DNA of 64,000 nucleotides from NCBI RefSeq assembly GCF_055900595.2, contig NZ_CM148325.1; one strand, 5' to 3'. Shown piece by piece: positions 28,527 to 40,326 of this stretch (position 1 is its first letter; each line of letters starts with the position of its first letter). The notes under the pieces were generated by a model. It saw only the letters and a program-made list of their open reading frames with translations, ran no database searches and was not told where the DNA came from. The position numbers and the translations under genes were made by a program.

Positions 28527-31500
28527 ATGAATAAGAAATTTAAATATAAGAAATCGCTTTTAGCGGCTATTTTGAGTGCAACCCTGTTAGCCGGTTGTGA
28601 TGGCGGTGGCTCCGGATCTTCCTCCGATACGCCGCCTGTAGATTCTGGAACAGGGTCTTTGCCGGAAGTGAAACCTGATCCAACACCAAACCCGGAGCCG
28701 ACGCCTGAGCCAACGCCGGACCCAGAACCTACGCCGGAACCGACACCTGATCCTGAGCCAACACCAGAACCGGAGCCAGAACCTGTTCCTACGAAAACGG
28801 GTTATCTGACCCTGGGCGGAAGCCAGCGGATAACTGGTGCTACTTGTAATGGTGAATCCAGCGATGGCTTTACCTTTACGCCAGGCGACAAAGTCACCTG
28901 TGTGGCAGGGAACAACACGACAATTGCTACCTTCGACACCCAGTCAGAAGCTGCGCGTAGCCTGCGTGCGGTTGAAAAAGTGTCGTTTAGTCTTGAGGAC
29001 GCGCAAGAACTGGCAGCTTCCGACAATAAGAAAAGCAATGCGGTTTCGCTGGTAACGTCCAGTAACAGCTGTCCGGCGGATACAGAACAGGTTTGCCTGA
29101 CGTTCTCCTCGGTGATCGAGAGTAAACGTTTCGACTCGCTGTATAAGCAAATCGATCTGGCACCGGAAGAGTTCAAAAAGCTGGTCAATGAAGAGGTGGA
29201 AAACAATGCTGCGACCGATAAAGCGCCATCCACTCATACCTCACCGGTCGTGCCTGTCACCACGCCGGGAACAAAACCGGATCTGAACGCGTCCTTCGTG
29301 TCGGCTAACGCGGAACAGTTTTATCAGTATCAACCCACTGAAATCATTCTTTCCGAAGGCCGACTGGTGGATAGCATGGGCAATGGTGTGGTTGGCGTAA
29401 ATTACTACACCAGCTCAGGCCGTGGCGTAACTGGCGAAAACGGCAAATTCAACTTCAGCTGGGGCGAAACCATCTCCTTTGGTATCGACACCTTTGAACT
29501 GGGCTCAGTGCGCGGCAATAAGTCGACCATTGCGTTGACTGAACTGGGTGACGAAGTTCGCGGCGCGAATATTGATCAGCTTATTCATCGTTACTCCCAG
29601 GCCGGAAAAAATGATGAGCGTGAAGTGCCGGACGTAGTGCGCAAGGTCTTTGCCGAGTATCCCAACGTAATCAACGAGATTATCAATCTCTCGTTATCCA
29701 ATGGCGAGGCGTTGAGCGAAGGCGATCAAACCTTTGAGCGGACAAACGAATTTCTTGAGCAGTTTGAATCCGGGCAGGCTAAAGAGATTGATACGGCGAT
29801 TTGTGACTCCCTTGGGGGCTGCAACTCTCAGCGTTGGTTCTCGTTGACAGCACGCAATGTTAACGAAGGTCAGATTCAGGGCGTTATCAACAAGCTGTGG
29901 GGTGTGGATAAAGATTACAAATCAGTGACGAAATTCCACGTCTTCCATGACTCTACCAACTTCTATGGTAGCACCGGTAATGCGCGCGGTCAGGCGGTGG
30001 TGAATATCTCTAACGCGGCCTTCCCGATTCTGATGGCGCGTAATGATAAAAACTACTGGCTGGCCTTCGGCGAGAAACGTGCCTGGGATAAAAATGAGCT
30101 GGCGTACATTACTGAAGCGCCTTCCATTGTGCGACCAGAGAACGTGACACGCGATACCGCCACCTTCAACCTGCCGTTTATTTCGCTGGGGCAAGTCGGT
30201 GAGGGCAAACTGATGGTTATCGGTAACCCGCACTACAACAGCATTTTGCGTTGTCCGAACGGTTACAGCTGGGAAGGCGGTATTGATAAAAACGGTCAGT
30301 GTACGCGTAACAGTGATTCTAATGATATGAAGCACTTTATGCAGAACGTGTTGCGCTATCTGTCCGACGATAAATGGACGCCGGACGCGAAAGCCAGCAT
30401 GACCGTAGGTACCAACCTGGATACTGTCTATTTCAAACGTCATGGTCAGGTTACAGGAAACAGCGCTGAGTTCGGCTTTCATCCGGATTTTGCGGGTATC
30501 TCTGTTGAGCATTTAAGTAGCTATGGCGATCTCGACCCGCAGGAAATGCCGCTGCTGATCCTCAACGGCTTTGAGTATGTGACTCAGGTTGGTAACGATC
30601 CTTATGCAATCCCGCTGCGAGCAGATACCAGCAAACCGAAGCTGACTCAGCAGGATGTGACCGATCTGATCGCCTATCTGAACAAAGGTGGATCGGTGCT
30701 GATCATGGAAAACGTGATGAGCAATCTTAAGGAAGAGAGCGCGTCTGGCTTTGTGCGTCTGCTGGATGCCGCAGGCCTGTCAATGGCACTGAACAAGTCG
30801 GTGGTGAATAACGATCCTCAGGGGTATCCGGATCGCGTTCGTCAGCAGCGCGAAAAAGGTATCTGGGTATATGAACGTTATCCGTTTGTTGATGGAAAAC
30901 CGCCGTATACCATTGATGAAACAACGAAAGAAGTTATCTGGAAATACCAGCAAGACAACAAGCCAGATGACAAGCCGAAACTGGAAGTGGCCAGCTGGCT
31001 GGAAGATGTCGATGGCAAACAGGTCAAGCGTTATGCCTTTATCGATGAGGCGGAGCATGAAACAAACGAGTCCTTGGAGGCGGCAAAGGCAAAAATCATT
31101 AAGGCATTTCCTGGATTAGAGGAGTGTAAGGACCCGACATACCACTACGAGGTCAACTGTCTGGAATACCGTCCTGGCACCAATGTTCCGGTAACCGGGG
31201 GAATGTATGTTCCGCGCTATACGCAACTGAATCTCAGCGCCGACACTGCGAAAGCGATGGTGCAGGCTGCGGATTTAGGCACCAACATTCAGCGTCTGTA
31301 TCAGCATGAGCTCTACTTCCGAACCAATGGTCGCAAAGGTGAGCGTCTGAGCAGCGTCGATCTGGAACGTCTGTACCAGAACATGTCGGTCTGGCTGTGG
31401 AATGAAATTGAATACAGCTATGACAGCAGCAAGGAAGACGAGCTGGGCTTTAAAACGTTCACCGAGTTCCTGAACTGCTACGCCAACGATGCTTACACCA

Positions 31501-33086
31501 AAGGTACGCTGTGCTCCGCAGAGCTGAAACAATCGCTGATCGATAACAAGATGATCTACGGTGAAGGCAGCAAAGCGGGCATGATGAACCCGAGCTATCC
31601 ACTCAACTATATGGAAAAACCGCTGACGCGCCTGATGCTGGGCCGTTCCTGGTGGGATCTGAACATTAAGGTTGATGTGGAGAAGTACCCTGGAGCGGTA
31701 TCTGTAGGGGGAGAAGAGGTTACTGAAACCATCAGCCTGTACTCGAATCCGACCAAATGGTTTGCAGGTAACATGCAGTCAACTGGCCTGTGGGCACCGG
31801 CTCAGAAAGAGGTCACCATTAAGTCCAATGCGAACGTTCCTGTGACTGTCACCGTGGCGCTGGCCGACGACCTGACCGGACGTGAGAAGCATGAAGTTGC
31901 TCTGAACCGTCCGCCAAAAGTGACGAAAACCTATGAGCTGAAAGCCAATGGTGAGGTGAAGTTTACGGTTCCTTACGGTGGTCTGATTTATATCAAGGGC
32001 AACAGCCCAAAGAATGAGTCAGCCAAATTCACCTTTACTGGTGTGGTGAAAGCGCCGTTCTATAAAGATGGCGCATGGAAAAACGCTCTGAACTCCCCTG
32101 CGCCGCTGGGCGAGCTGGAATCAGACGCTTTCGTCTATACCACGCCGAAGAAGAACCTTGAGGCCAGCAATTACAAGGGCGGTCAGGAACAATTCGCTGA
32201 GGAACTGGATACCTTTGCCAGCTCGATGAATGACTTCTACGGACGTGATGGCGAAAACGGTAAGCACCGGATGTTTACCTATAAAAACTTGACGGGGCAC
32301 AAGCATCGTTTCACCAACGATGTGCAGATCTCCATCGGTGATGCGCACTCTGGTTATCCGGTAATGAACAGCAGCTTCTCGACGAACAGCACCACGCTGC
32401 CGACGACGCCGCTGAACGACTGGCTGATCTGGCACGAAGTTGGTCACAACGCCGCCGAAACGCCGCTGACTGTTCCTGGCGCAACTGAAGTAGCGAACAA
32501 CGTGCTGGCGCTGTACATGCAGGATCGCTATCTCGGCAAGATGAACCGTGTCGCTGACGACATTACCGTCGCGCCGGAATATCTGGAAGAGAGCAACGGT
32601 CAGGCATGGGCGCGCGGCGGTGCGGGTGACCGTCTGCTGATGTACGCGCAGCTGAAGGAATGGGCAGAGAAAAACTTTGATATCAAACAGTGGTATCCAG
32701 AAGGCTCTCTGCCAGAGTTCTACAGCGAGCGTGAAGGGATGAAAGGCTGGAACCTGTTCCAGTTGATGCACCGTAAAGCGCGCGGCGATGAGGTTGGCAA
32801 AACCAAGTTTGGAGAAAGAAATTACTGTGCCGAATCCAACGGTAACGCTGCCGACACGCTGATGCTGTGTGCCTCCTGGGTCGCCCAGACGGATCTTTCG
32901 GAGTTCTTTAAGAAATGGAATCCGGGCGCGAATGCTTACCAGTTGCCGGGAGCGACAGAGATGAGCTTCGAGGGCGGTGTGAGCCAGTCGGCATACAACA
33001 CGCTGGCGTCGCTCAAGCTGCCGAAACCGGAACAGGGGCCGGAAACCATTAATAAGGTTACCGAATATTCTATGCCTGCTGAATAA
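28527..33086 (+). CDS. sslE: SslE/YghJ lipoprotein, M60-like zinc metallopeptidase (mucinase), T2SS-beta substrate
   Basis: ~1520 aa; lipobox LLAGC after signal peptide (start at ATG 28527, MNKKFKYKKSLLAAILSATLLAGC); Pro/Thr/Glu-rich repeat (PEPTPEPTPDPEPTPEPTPDPEPTPEPEPEP); zinc-binding HEVGH at nt 32433-32447; immediately upstream of pppA and the gsp genes. Confidence 0.9.
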   Translation: MNKKFKYKKSLLAAILSATLLAGCDGGGSGSSSDTPPVDSGTGSLPEVKPDPTPNPEPTPEPTPDPEPTPEPTPDPEPTPEPEPEPVPTKTGYLTLGGSQRITGATCNGESSDGFTFTPGDKVTCVAGNNTTIATFDTQSEAARSLRAVEKVSFSLEDAQELAASDNKKSNAVSLVTSSNSCPADTEQVCLTFSSVIESKRFDSLYKQIDLAPEEFKKLVNEEVENNAATDKAPSTHTSPVVPVTTPGTKPDLNASFVSANAEQFYQYQPTEIILSEGRLVDSMGNGVVGVNYYTSSGRGVTGENGKFNFSWGETISFGIDTFELGSVRGNKSTIALTELGDEVRGANIDQLIHRYSQAGKNDEREVPDVVRKVFAEYPNVINEIINLSLSNGEALSEGDQTFERTNEFLEQFESGQAKEIDTAICDSLGGCNSQRWFSLTARNVNEGQIQGVINKLWGVDKDYKSVTKFHVFHDSTNFYGSTGNARGQAVVNISNAAFPILMARNDKNYWLAFGEKRAWDKNELAYITEAPSIVRPENVTRDTATFNLPFISLGQVGEGKLMVIGNPHYNSILRCPNGYSWEGGIDKNGQCTRNSDSNDMKHFMQNVLRYLSDDKWTPDAKASMTVGTNLDTVYFKRHGQVTGNSAEFGFHPDFAGISVEHLSSYGDLDPQEMPLLILNGFEYVTQVGNDPYAIPLRADTSKPKLTQQDVTDLIAYLNKGGSVLIMENVMSNLKEESASGFVRLLDAAGLSMALNKSVVNNDPQGYPDRVRQQREKGIWVYERYPFVDGKPPYTIDETTKEVIWKYQQDNKPDDKPKLEVASWLEDVDGKQVKRYAFIDEAEHETNESLEAAKAKIIKAFPGLEECKDPTYHYEVNCLEYRPGTNVPVTGGMYVPRYTQLNLSADTAKAMVQAADLGTNIQRLYQHELYFRTNGRKGERLSSVDLERLYQNMSVWLWNEIEYSYDSSKEDELGFKTFTEFLNCYANDAYTKGTLCSAELKQSLIDNKMIYGEGSKAGMMNPSYPLNYMEKPLTRLMLGRSWWDLNIKVDVEKYPGAVSVGGEEVTETISLYSNPTKWFAGNMQSTGLWAPAQKEVTIKSNANVPVTVTVALADDLTGREKHEVALNRPPKVTKTYELKANGEVKFTVPYGGLIYIKGNSPKNESAKFTFTGVVKAPFYKDGAWKNALNSPAPLGELESDAFVYTTPKKNLEASNYKGGQEQFAEELDTFASSMNDFYGRDGENGKHRMFTYKNLTGHKHRFTNDVQISIGDAHSGYPVMNSSFSTNSTTLPTTPLNDWLIWHEVGHNAAETPLTVPGATEVANNVLALYMQDRYLGKMNRVADDITVAPEYLEESNGQAWARGGAGDRLLMYAQLKEWAEKNFDIKQWYPEGSLPEFYSEREGMKGWNLFQLMHRKARGDEVGKTKFGERNYCAESNGNAADTLMLCASWVAQTDLSEFFKKWNPGANAYQLPGATEMSFEGGVSQSAYNTLASLKLPKPEQGPETINKVTEYSMPAE

Positions 33087-33087
33087 C

Positions 33088-33235
33088 CCGGATAAGGCGC
33101 TTGCGCCGCATCCGGCATGAAATAAGGCGCATCGGGTCAACACATATGCCCGATGCGCCAGTTTATCGGGCCTGGAGGAAAGCCATATGGCATACACCCG
33201 CAGGCCCGCATCCGGCAAGTTACAACAAATAACCT
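33088..33235. repeat. REP-type palindromic elements downstream of sslE
   Basis: Several copies of gcc(g/t)gatgcggcg / cgccgcatccggc-like REP motifs in the 155-bp sslE-pppA spacer. Confidence 0.5.
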
Positions 33236-33241
33236 TTAACC

Positions 33242-34051
33242 ATGCTTTTTGATGTTTTTCAGCAATACCCTGCGGCGATGCCCATACTGGCAACCGTCGG
33301 AGGATTGATCATCGGCAGTTTTTTGAATGTGGTGATTTGGCGTTACCCCATCATGCTGCGCCAACAAATGGCGGAGTTTCACGGTGAAATGTCGAGTGCG
33401 CAGTCAAAAATAAGCCTTGCGCTGCCGCGTTCGCACTGTCCGCATTGCCAGCAGACTATCCGCGTTCGTGACAATATTCCGCTGCTCTCCTGGTTGATGC
33501 TCAAAGGGCGCTGCCGTGATTGTCAGGCGAAAATCAGCAAGCGTTATCCGTTGGTGGAGTTATTGACGGCACTCGCTTTTTTGCTGGCGAGTCTGGTGTG
33601 GCCAGAAAGTGGATGGGGGCTGGCGGTGATGATATTATCCGCCTGGCTGATTGCCGCGAGCGTCATTGACCTCGATAACCAATGGCTGCCCGATGTTTTT
33701 ACTCAGGGCGTATTGTGGACCGGGCTGATTGCGGCATGGGCGCAACAGAGTCCGTTAACGCTACAAGACGCAGTTACCGGCGTCCTGGTGGGGTTTATCA
33801 CTTTTTACTCCCTGCGCTGGATAGCCGGAATAGTTCTGCGTAAAGAAGCATTAGGCATGGGCGATGTATTACTTTTCGCCGCTTTAGGTGGCTGGGTGGG
33901 GCCGTTGTCGCTACCCAATGTTGCTTTAATCGCATCATGCTGCGGTCTGATATATGCCGTTATTACAAAAAGAGGATCAACCACACTGCCTTTTGGACCG
34001 TGTTTAAGTCTGGGCGGTATAGCAACACTTTATCTACAGGCATTGTTTTAA
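33242..34051 (+). CDS. pppA: Prepilin (type IV pilin-like) leader peptidase / N-methyltransferase
   Basis: 269 aa; N-terminal [13 protein letters not shown] and paired CxxC motifs (CPHCQQ ... CRDCQ) typical of GspO/PilD; polytopic C-terminal half. Confidence 0.85.
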   Translation: MLFDVFQQYPAAMPILATVGGLIIGSFLNVVIWRYPIMLRQQMAEFHGEMSSAQSKISLALPRSHCPHCQQTIRVRDNIPLLSWLMLKGRCRDCQAKISKRYPLVELLTALAFLLASLVWPESGWGLAVMILSAWLIAASVIDLDNQWLPDVFTQGVLWTGLIAAWAQQSPLTLQDAVTGVLVGFITFYSLRWIAGIVLRKEALGMGDVLLFAALGGWVGPLSLPNVALIASCCGLIYAVITKRGSTTLPFGPCLSLGGIATLYLQALF

Positions 34052-34116
34052 TGATAACCACGTCATTATCAAAGTGACATTTTAACTCTTATTAATAACC
34101 TTAGAGATTATTTACC

Positions 34117-34527
34117 ATGTCGATAAAACAGATGCCAGGGAGGGTATTAATATCGCTATTGTTGAGCGTTACAGGATTATTAAGTGGCTGCGCCAGCCAT
34201 AATGAAAACGCCAGTTTACTGGCGAAAAAACAGGCGCAAAATATCAGCCAAAACCTGCCGATTAAATCTGCGGGATATACCTTAGTGCTGGCACAAAGTA
34301 GCGGCACGACGGTAAAAATGACCATTATCAGCGAAGCGGGTACTCAGACCACGCAGACACCTGACGCCTTTTTAACCAGCTATCAACGACAAATGTGCGC
34401 TGACCCGACGGTGAAATTAATGATCACTGAGGGAATTAATTACAGCATAACGATTAATGATACACGTACAGGTAACCAGTATCAGCGGAAACTGGATCGT
34501 ACCACCTGTGGTATAGTCAAAGCATAA
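34117..34527 (+). CDS. yghG: Small outer-membrane lipoprotein, candidate secretin pilotin (YghG/AspS-like)
   Basis: 136 aa; signal peptide with lipobox LLSGC; position between pppA and gspC. Confidence 0.7.
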   Translation: MSIKQMPGRVLISLLLSVTGLLSGCASHNENASLLAKKQAQNISQNLPIKSAGYTLVLAQSSGTTVKMTIISEAGTQTTQTPDAFLTSYQRQMCADPTVKLMITEGINYSITINDTRTGNQYQRKLDRTTCGIVKA

Positions 34528-34544
34528 CGTCGGGTAGATATAAA

Positions 34545-35504
34545 TTGGCGCGGGTTGTTTTTCGTGACGCACGAATTTATCTCATTCAATGGCTGACAAA
34601 AATTCGTCACACTCTTAACCAGAGACAATCTCTTAATACAGACAAAGAGCATCTGCGCAAAATTGCACGCGGGATGTTCTGGCTGATGCTGCTTATTATT
34701 TCTGCAAAAGTGGCGCATTCACTCTGGCGCTATTTCTCCTTTTCTGCGGAATATACGGCGGTTTCCCCATCGGCGAATAAACCGCTCCGTGCGGATGCAA
34801 AACCGTTCGATAAAAATGACGTGCAATTAGTCAGCCAACAAAACTGGTTTGGCAAATATCAACCCGTCGCCGCACCGGTAAAACAACCTGAATCTGCGCC
34901 TGTGGCAGAAACGCGTCTTAATGTGGTGCTGCGCGGGATCGCCTTTGGTGCCAGACCCGGCGCGGTTATTGAAGAAGGCGGCAAACAGCAGGTCTATTTG
35001 CAGGGTGAACGGCTTGGCTCTCACAACGCAGTGATTGAGGAAATCAACCGCGACCATGTGATGCTGCGCTATCAGGGGAAAATGGAACGTCTGAGTCTGG
35101 CAGAAGAGAAGCGTCCCACCATAGCCGTGACCAGCAAAAAAGCCGTCAGCGACGAAGCAAAGCAAGCTGTTGCTGAGCCTGCTGCCAGTGCGCCAGTGGA
35201 GATCCCGGCTGCCGTGCGTCAGGCACTGGCGAAAGATCCGCAGAAAATTTTTAACTATATCCAGCTTACGCCTGTGCGTAAGGAAGGGATTGTCGGTTAT
35301 GCAGTGAAACCGGGGGCAGATCGTTCTCTGTTCGATGCCAGCGGTTTTAAGGAAGGCGATATCGCCATTGCGCTAAATCAGCAGGATTTCACTGATCCAC
35401 GAGCAATGATTGCTCTGATGCGGCAGTTACCTTCAATGGATTCCATTCAACTTACGGTTTTACGCAAGGGTGCGCGCTACGACATTTCCATCGCGCTGCG
35501 CTAA
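34545..35504 (+). CDS. gspC: Type II secretion system protein C
   Basis: Single N-terminal TM segment (MFWLMLLIISAKVAHSLW) followed by a periplasmic region; position directly upstream of gspD; start codon uncertain. Confidence 0.7.
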   Translation: MARVVFRDARIYLIQWLTKIRHTLNQRQSLNTDKEHLRKIARGMFWLMLLIISAKVAHSLWRYFSFSAEYTAVSPSANKPLRADAKPFDKNDVQLVSQQNWFGKYQPVAAPVKQPESAPVAETRLNVVLRGIAFGARPGAVIEEGGKQQVYLQGERLGSHNAVIEEINRDHVMLRYQGKMERLSLAEEKRPTIAVTSKKAVSDEAKQAVAEPAASAPVEIPAAVRQALAKDPQKIFNYIQLTPVRKEGIVGYAVKPGADRSLFDASGFKEGDIAIALNQQDFTDPRAMIALMRQLPSMDSIQLTVLRKGARYDISIALR

Positions 35505-35533
35505 CCGCATTTAATCCAGGAGAATCATTCATC

Positions 35534-37594
35534 GTGTTTTGGCGTGATATGACGTTGTCGGTCTGGCGTAAGAAGACAACTGGCCTCAAAACAAAAAAGC
35601 GTTTACTGCCGCTGGTGCTGGCAGCGGCATTATGCAGTTCACCGGTCTGGGCGGAAGAAGCCACTTTCACCGCTAATTTTAAAGATACCGACCTGAAATC
35701 GTTCATCGAAACCGTCGGCGCTAACCTTAATAAAACCATCATTATGGGGCCGGGCGTTCAGGGGAAAGTGAGTATTCGCACCATGACCCCGCTCAATGAA
35801 CGCCAGTATTACCAGCTATTCCTTAACCTGCTGGAAGCACAGGGGTATGCCGTCGTACCGATGGAAAACGACGTGCTGAAGGTGGTGAAATCCAGTGCCG
35901 CGAAAGTCGAGCCGCTGCCGCTGGTTGGTGAAGGCAGCGACAACTACGCGGGCGATGAAATGGTCACCAAAGTCGTGCCGGTACGTAATGTGTCGGTACG
36001 CGAGCTGGCACCGATTCTGCGCCAGATGATCGACAGCGCAGGCTCAGGCAACGTTGTTAATTACGATCCCTCCAACGTGATTATGCTTACCGGACGCGCC
36101 TCAGTTGTGGAGCGCCTGACGGAAGTGATCCAGCGCGTGGATCATGCGGGTAATCGCACCGAAGAGGTGATCCCGCTGGATAACGCCTCGGCTTCGGAAA
36201 TCGCCCGCGTGCTGGAAAGCCTGACGAAAAACAGCGGCGAGAACCAGCCTGCGACGCTGAAATCTCAAATTGTCGCCGACGAACGCACCAACAGTGTGAT
36301 TGTCAGTGGTGACCCGGCCACGCGGGACAAAATGCGCCGCCTGATCCGTCGGCTGGACTCAGAAATGGAACGCAGCGGCAACAGCCAGGTTTTCTATCTC
36401 AAATACAGCAAAGCCGAAGATCTGGTCGATGTACTGAAGCAGGTCAGCGGCACGCTCACGGCGGCTAAAGAAGAGACGGAAGGCACCGTCGGTAGCGGGC
36501 GTGAGGTTGTCTCCATCGCCGCCAGCAAACACAGTAATGCCCTGATTGTTACCGCGCCGCAGGACATCATGCAGTCGCTGCAAAGCGTGATTGAACAACT
36601 GGATATTCGCCGTGCTCAGGTGCACGTCGAGGCGTTGATCGTGGAAGTTGCCGAAGGTAGCAATATCAATTTCGGCGTGCAGTGGGCGTCGAAAGATGCC
36701 GGATTAATGCAGTTTGCTAACGGTACGCAGATCCCTATTGGCACGCTGGGGGCAGCGATTTCTGCAGCCAAGCCGCAGAAAGGTTCCACGGTGATCAGCG
36801 AAAACGGTGCTACCACCATAAATCCGGATACTAACGGCGATCTCTCCACGCTCGCTCAGCTCCTTTCTGGCTTTAGCGGTACGGCGGTTGGCGTGGTGAA
36901 AGGCGACTGGATGGCACTGGTACAGGCGGTTAAAAACGACTCCAGCTCGAACGTGCTCTCCACGCCGAGCATCACCACGCTGGACAACCAGGAAGCCTTC
37001 TTCATGGTGGGCCAGGACGTTCCGGTATTAACTGGATCTACCGTTGGCTCCAATAACAGCAATCCTTTCAACACGGTAGAGAGGAAAAAAGTCGGCATCA
37101 TGCTGAAAGTCACGCCGCAGATTAACGAAGGTAACGCGGTACAGATGGTGATTGAGCAGGAAGTCTCGAAAGTGGAAGGGCAGACCAGTCTCGATGTCGT
37201 GTTTGGCGAGCGCAAACTGAAAACCACCGTGCTGGCTAACGATGGTGAGCTGATCGTGCTTGGCGGTCTGATGGACGACCAGGCGGGAGAAAGCGTGGCG
37301 AAAGTGCCGCTGCTGGGCGATATCCCGTTGATTGGTAACCTGTTTAAATCGACGGCGGATAAAAAAGAAAAACGTAACCTGATGGTGTTTATCCGCCCGA
37401 CCATTCTGCGTGACGGTATGGCGGCAGACGGTGTGTCGCAGCGCAAATATAACTACATGCGCGCCGAGCAAATCTACCGCGATGAGCAGGGCTTAAGCCT
37501 GATGCCGCACACCGCGCAGCCGATATTGCCTGCGCAAAATCAGGCCTTACCGCCAGAAGTTCGTGCGTTCCTCAATGCCGGGAGAACGCGTTAA
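35534..37594 (+). CDS. gspD: Type II secretion system secretin
   Basis: 686 aa; signal peptide, N-domains and C-terminal secretin core (…[15 protein letters not shown]…); stop overlaps gspE start. Confidence 0.9.
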   Translation: MFWRDMTLSVWRKKTTGLKTKKRLLPLVLAAALCSSPVWAEEATFTANFKDTDLKSFIETVGANLNKTIIMGPGVQGKVSIRTMTPLNERQYYQLFLNLLEAQGYAVVPMENDVLKVVKSSAAKVEPLPLVGEGSDNYAGDEMVTKVVPVRNVSVRELAPILRQMIDSAGSGNVVNYDPSNVIMLTGRASVVERLTEVIQRVDHAGNRTEEVIPLDNASASEIARVLESLTKNSGENQPATLKSQIVADERTNSVIVSGDPATRDKMRRLIRRLDSEMERSGNSQVFYLKYSKAEDLVDVLKQVSGTLTAAKEETEGTVGSGREVVSIAASKHSNALIVTAPQDIMQSLQSVIEQLDIRRAQVHVEALIVEVAEGSNINFGVQWASKDAGLMQFANGTQIPIGTLGAAISAAKPQKGSTVISENGATTINPDTNGDLSTLAQLLSGFSGTAVGVVKGDWMALVQAVKNDSSSNVLSTPSITTLDNQEAFFMVGQDVPVLTGSTVGSNNSNPFNTVERKKVGIMLKVTPQINEGNAVQMVIEQEVSKVEGQTSLDVVFGERKLKTTVLANDGELIVLGGLMDDQAGESVAKVPLLGDIPLIGNLFKSTADKKEKRNLMVFIRPTILRDGMAADGVSQRKYNYMRAEQIYRDEQGLSLMPHTAQPILPAQNQALPPEVRAFLNAGRTR

Positions 37595-39087
37595 TGGTGC
37601 CTGTAGCACAGGAAACCACCGCTAACACCGTGCGTCTGCCCTACAGTTTCAGCCGTCGGTTTAGCCTGGTGGCATGGTGCGAAGCGTCGCTGGAGATCCT
37701 CCACGTTCATCCGTTGTCGCTCTCTGTTTTGCAGGAGCTGCAGCGGGGGCTGAACGCGCCCTTTACGCTGCGGCAAATCGACGAGGCCGAATTTGAACAG
37801 CAGCTGAATGCGGTCTGGCAGCGGGACTCTTCCGAGGCCCGCCAGCTGATGGAAGATCTCGGTTCTGCTGAGGACTTTTTTACTCTCGCTGAAGAACTGC
37901 CGGAAACGGAAGATCTGCTGGAAAGCGACGACGACGCGCCAATCATCAAACTGATCAACGCCATGCTGGCAGAGGCGATTAAAGAAGGCGCTTCGGATAT
38001 TCACATCGAGACATTTGAAAAGAGTCTGGTGATCCGTTTTCGTGTTGACGGTACATTACATGAAATGCTGCGCCCGGGGCGCAAACTGGCCTCGCTGCTG
38101 GTATCGCGTATTAAGGTGATGGCGCGGCTGGATATTGCCGAAAAGCGCGTACCGCAGGATGGGCGTATTGCGCTGCTGCTGGGCGGTCGGGCGATTGACG
38201 TGCGTGTCTCCACCATGCCTTCTGCCTGGGGCGAGCGCGTGGTGCTGCGACTGCTGGACAAAAACCAGGCCCGCCTGACGCTGGAGCGTCTGGGGCTGAG
38301 TCATGAACTGACCGCGCAGTTGCGCCAGCTACTGCACAAACCGCACGGTATCTTTCTGGTGACGGGGCCGACCGGTTCCGGCAAAAGCACCACGCTGTAC
38401 GCTGGATTGCAGGAGCTGAACAACCACTCGCGTAACATTCTCACGGTTGAAGACCCTATCGAATACATGATTGAAGGGATCGGTCAGACGCAGGTTAACA
38501 CCCGCGTCGGCATGACCTTCGCCCGTGGCCTGCGCGCGATTTTGCGTCAGGACCCGGATGTGGTGATGGTCGGTGAAATCCGCGATACCGAAACCGCAGA
38601 AATCGCTGTTCAGGCTTCACTGACCGGACACCTGGTACTTTCCACCCTGCATACCAACACAGCGGTGGGGGCGATCACGCGTTTGCAGGATATGGGCGTG
38701 GAGCCTTTCCTGCTCTCTTCCAGTCTGACGGGCGTGATGGCGCAGCGACTGGTTCGCACGCTGTGTCCCGACTGCTGCCAGTCCGCGCCTGCCACTGACG
38801 AAGAAAAACGCCTGCTGGGGATTACCGATGCGCATGCCGTCACGCTGTACCATCCGCAGGGCTGCCCCGCCTGTAATCACAAAGGTTTTCGCGGACGTAC
38901 TGCCATCCATGAACTGATTGTGGTGGACGCCACATTGCGTGATTTGATCCACCGTCAGGCCGGGGAACTGGAGCTGGAACGTTATGTCCGGCAACACTCT
39001 GCGGGTATCCGCAGTAACGGCATTGAGAAAGTGCTCGCCGGAGAAACCTCTCTCGATGAAGTTCTGCGGGTAACCATGGAGGCGTAA
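37594..39087 (+). CDS. gspE: Type II secretion system ATPase
   Basis: 497 aa; Walker [10 protein letters not shown], Walker B/Asp box and C-terminal tetracysteine (CPDC...CPAC) motif. Confidence 0.95.
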   Translation: MVPVAQETTANTVRLPYSFSRRFSLVAWCEASLEILHVHPLSLSVLQELQRGLNAPFTLRQIDEAEFEQQLNAVWQRDSSEARQLMEDLGSAEDFFTLAEELPETEDLLESDDDAPIIKLINAMLAEAIKEGASDIHIETFEKSLVIRFRVDGTLHEMLRPGRKLASLLVSRIKVMARLDIAEKRVPQDGRIALLLGGRAIDVRVSTMPSAWGERVVLRLLDKNQARLTLERLGLSHELTAQLRQLLHKPHGIFLVTGPTGSGKSTTLYAGLQELNNHSRNILTVEDPIEYMIEGIGQTQVNTRVGMTFARGLRAILRQDPDVVMVGEIRDTETAEIAVQASLTGHLVLSTLHTNTAVGAITRLQDMGVEPFLLSSSLTGVMAQRLVRTLCPDCCQSAPATDEEKRLLGITDAHAVTLYHPQGCPACNHKGFRGRTAIHELIVVDATLRDLIHRQAGELELERYVRQHSAGIRSNGIEKVLAGETSLDEVLRVTMEA

Positions 39088-40310
39088 TGGCACTGTTTTA
39101 CTATCAGGCGCTGGAGCGTAATGGTCGCAAAACCAAAGGCATGATTGAGGCGGATTCCGCGCGTCATGCCCGTCAATTGTTACGCGGTAAAGACCTCATT
39201 CCCGTGCACATTGAAGCCCGGATGAATGCATCGGCAGGGGGATTGTTGCAGCGTCGGCGGCACGCACATCGTCGCGTGGCGGCGGCAGATCTGGCGCTGT
39301 TCACTCGTCAACTGGCAACGCTGGTGCAGGCAGCAATGCCGCTGGAAACCTGCTTACAGGCGGTCAGTGAGCAAAGCGAAAAACTGCATGTAAAAAGCCT
39401 CGGAATGGCGCTGCGCAGCCGGATTCAGGAAGGTTATACCCTGTCGGACAGCCTGCGCGAACATCCCCGCGTCTTTGACTCCCTGTTTTGTTCGATGGTC
39501 GCTGCCGGAGAAAAATCCGGACATCTCGACGTGGTGCTCAATCGCCTGGCGGATTACACCGAACAGCGGCAGCGTCTGAAATCACGCCTGCTGCAGGCCA
39601 TGCTCTACCCGCTGGTTCTGCTGGTGGTGGCAACGGGCGTGGTCACTATTTTGCTGACGGCAGTAGTGCCGAAAATTATCGAACAGTTTGATCATCTCGG
39701 ACACGCGCTACCCGCCTCCACCCGAATGCTCATCGCCATGAGCGACGCGTTACAGGCCAGCGGCGTGTACTGGCTGGCGGGTTTTCTGGGGCTTCTGGTG
39801 CTGGGGCAACGGCTACTCAAAAATCCTGCGATGCGCCTGCGCTGGGATAAAACCTTGCTGCGTTTGCCCGTGACGGGGCGTGTTGCGCGCGGACTGAATA
39901 CGGCGCGTTTTTCCCGCACATTAAGCATTCTCACCGCCAGCAGTGTTCCGCTGCTGGAAGGCATTCAGACCGCCGCCGCCGTGTCGGCAAATCGTTATGT
40001 CGAGCAACAACTGCTGCTGGCGGCAGATCGCATCCGCGAAGGAAGCAGCCTGCGCGCCGCGCTGGCGGATCTGCGCCTGTTCCCGCCGATGATGTTGTAC
40101 ATGATCGTCTCCGGCGAACAGAGCGGCGAGCTGGAAACCATGCTTGAACAGGCCGCGGTCAACCAGGAACGGGAATTTGATACCCAGGTGGGGCTGGCGT
40201 TAGGGCTGTTTGAGCCGGTGCTGGTGGTGATGATGGCGGGCGTGGTGCTGTTTATCGTCATCGCCATCCTCGAACCGATGCTGCAACTGAACAATATGGT
40301 TGGAATGTAA
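39087..40310 (+). CDS. gspF: Type II secretion system inner-membrane platform protein
   Basis: 407 aa with duplicated GspF-type domains and three TM segments; start overlaps gspE stop (TAATG). Confidence 0.9.
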   Translation: MALFYYQALERNGRKTKGMIEADSARHARQLLRGKDLIPVHIEARMNASAGGLLQRRRHAHRRVAAADLALFTRQLATLVQAAMPLETCLQAVSEQSEKLHVKSLGMALRSRIQEGYTLSDSLREHPRVFDSLFCSMVAAGEKSGHLDVVLNRLADYTEQRQRLKSRLLQAMLYPLVLLVVATGVVTILLTAVVPKIIEQFDHLGHALPASTRMLIAMSDALQASGVYWLAGFLGLLVLGQRLLKNPAMRLRWDKTLLRLPVTGRVARGLNTARFSRTLSILTASSVPLLEGIQTAAAVSANRYVEQQLLLAADRIREGSSLRAALADLRLFPPMMLYMIVSGEQSGELETMLEQAAVNQEREFDTQVGLALGLFEPVLVVMMAGVVLFIVIAILEPMLQLNNMVGM

Positions 40311-40326
40311 TTTACGGAGTTATCAC

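Noticed and set aside
29922-30512. 196-aa minus-strand ORF inside sslE (also 32121-33293, 390 aa)
   Set aside because: Both are antisense to the long, well-supported sslE frame and are low-complexity and Arg/Val-rich, as expected for spurious ORFs.
36856-37471. Minus-strand ORFs of 147-196 aa inside gspD (and 42057-42957 inside gspJ/gspK)
   Set aside because: Antisense to conserved T2SS genes; no start-context or motif support.
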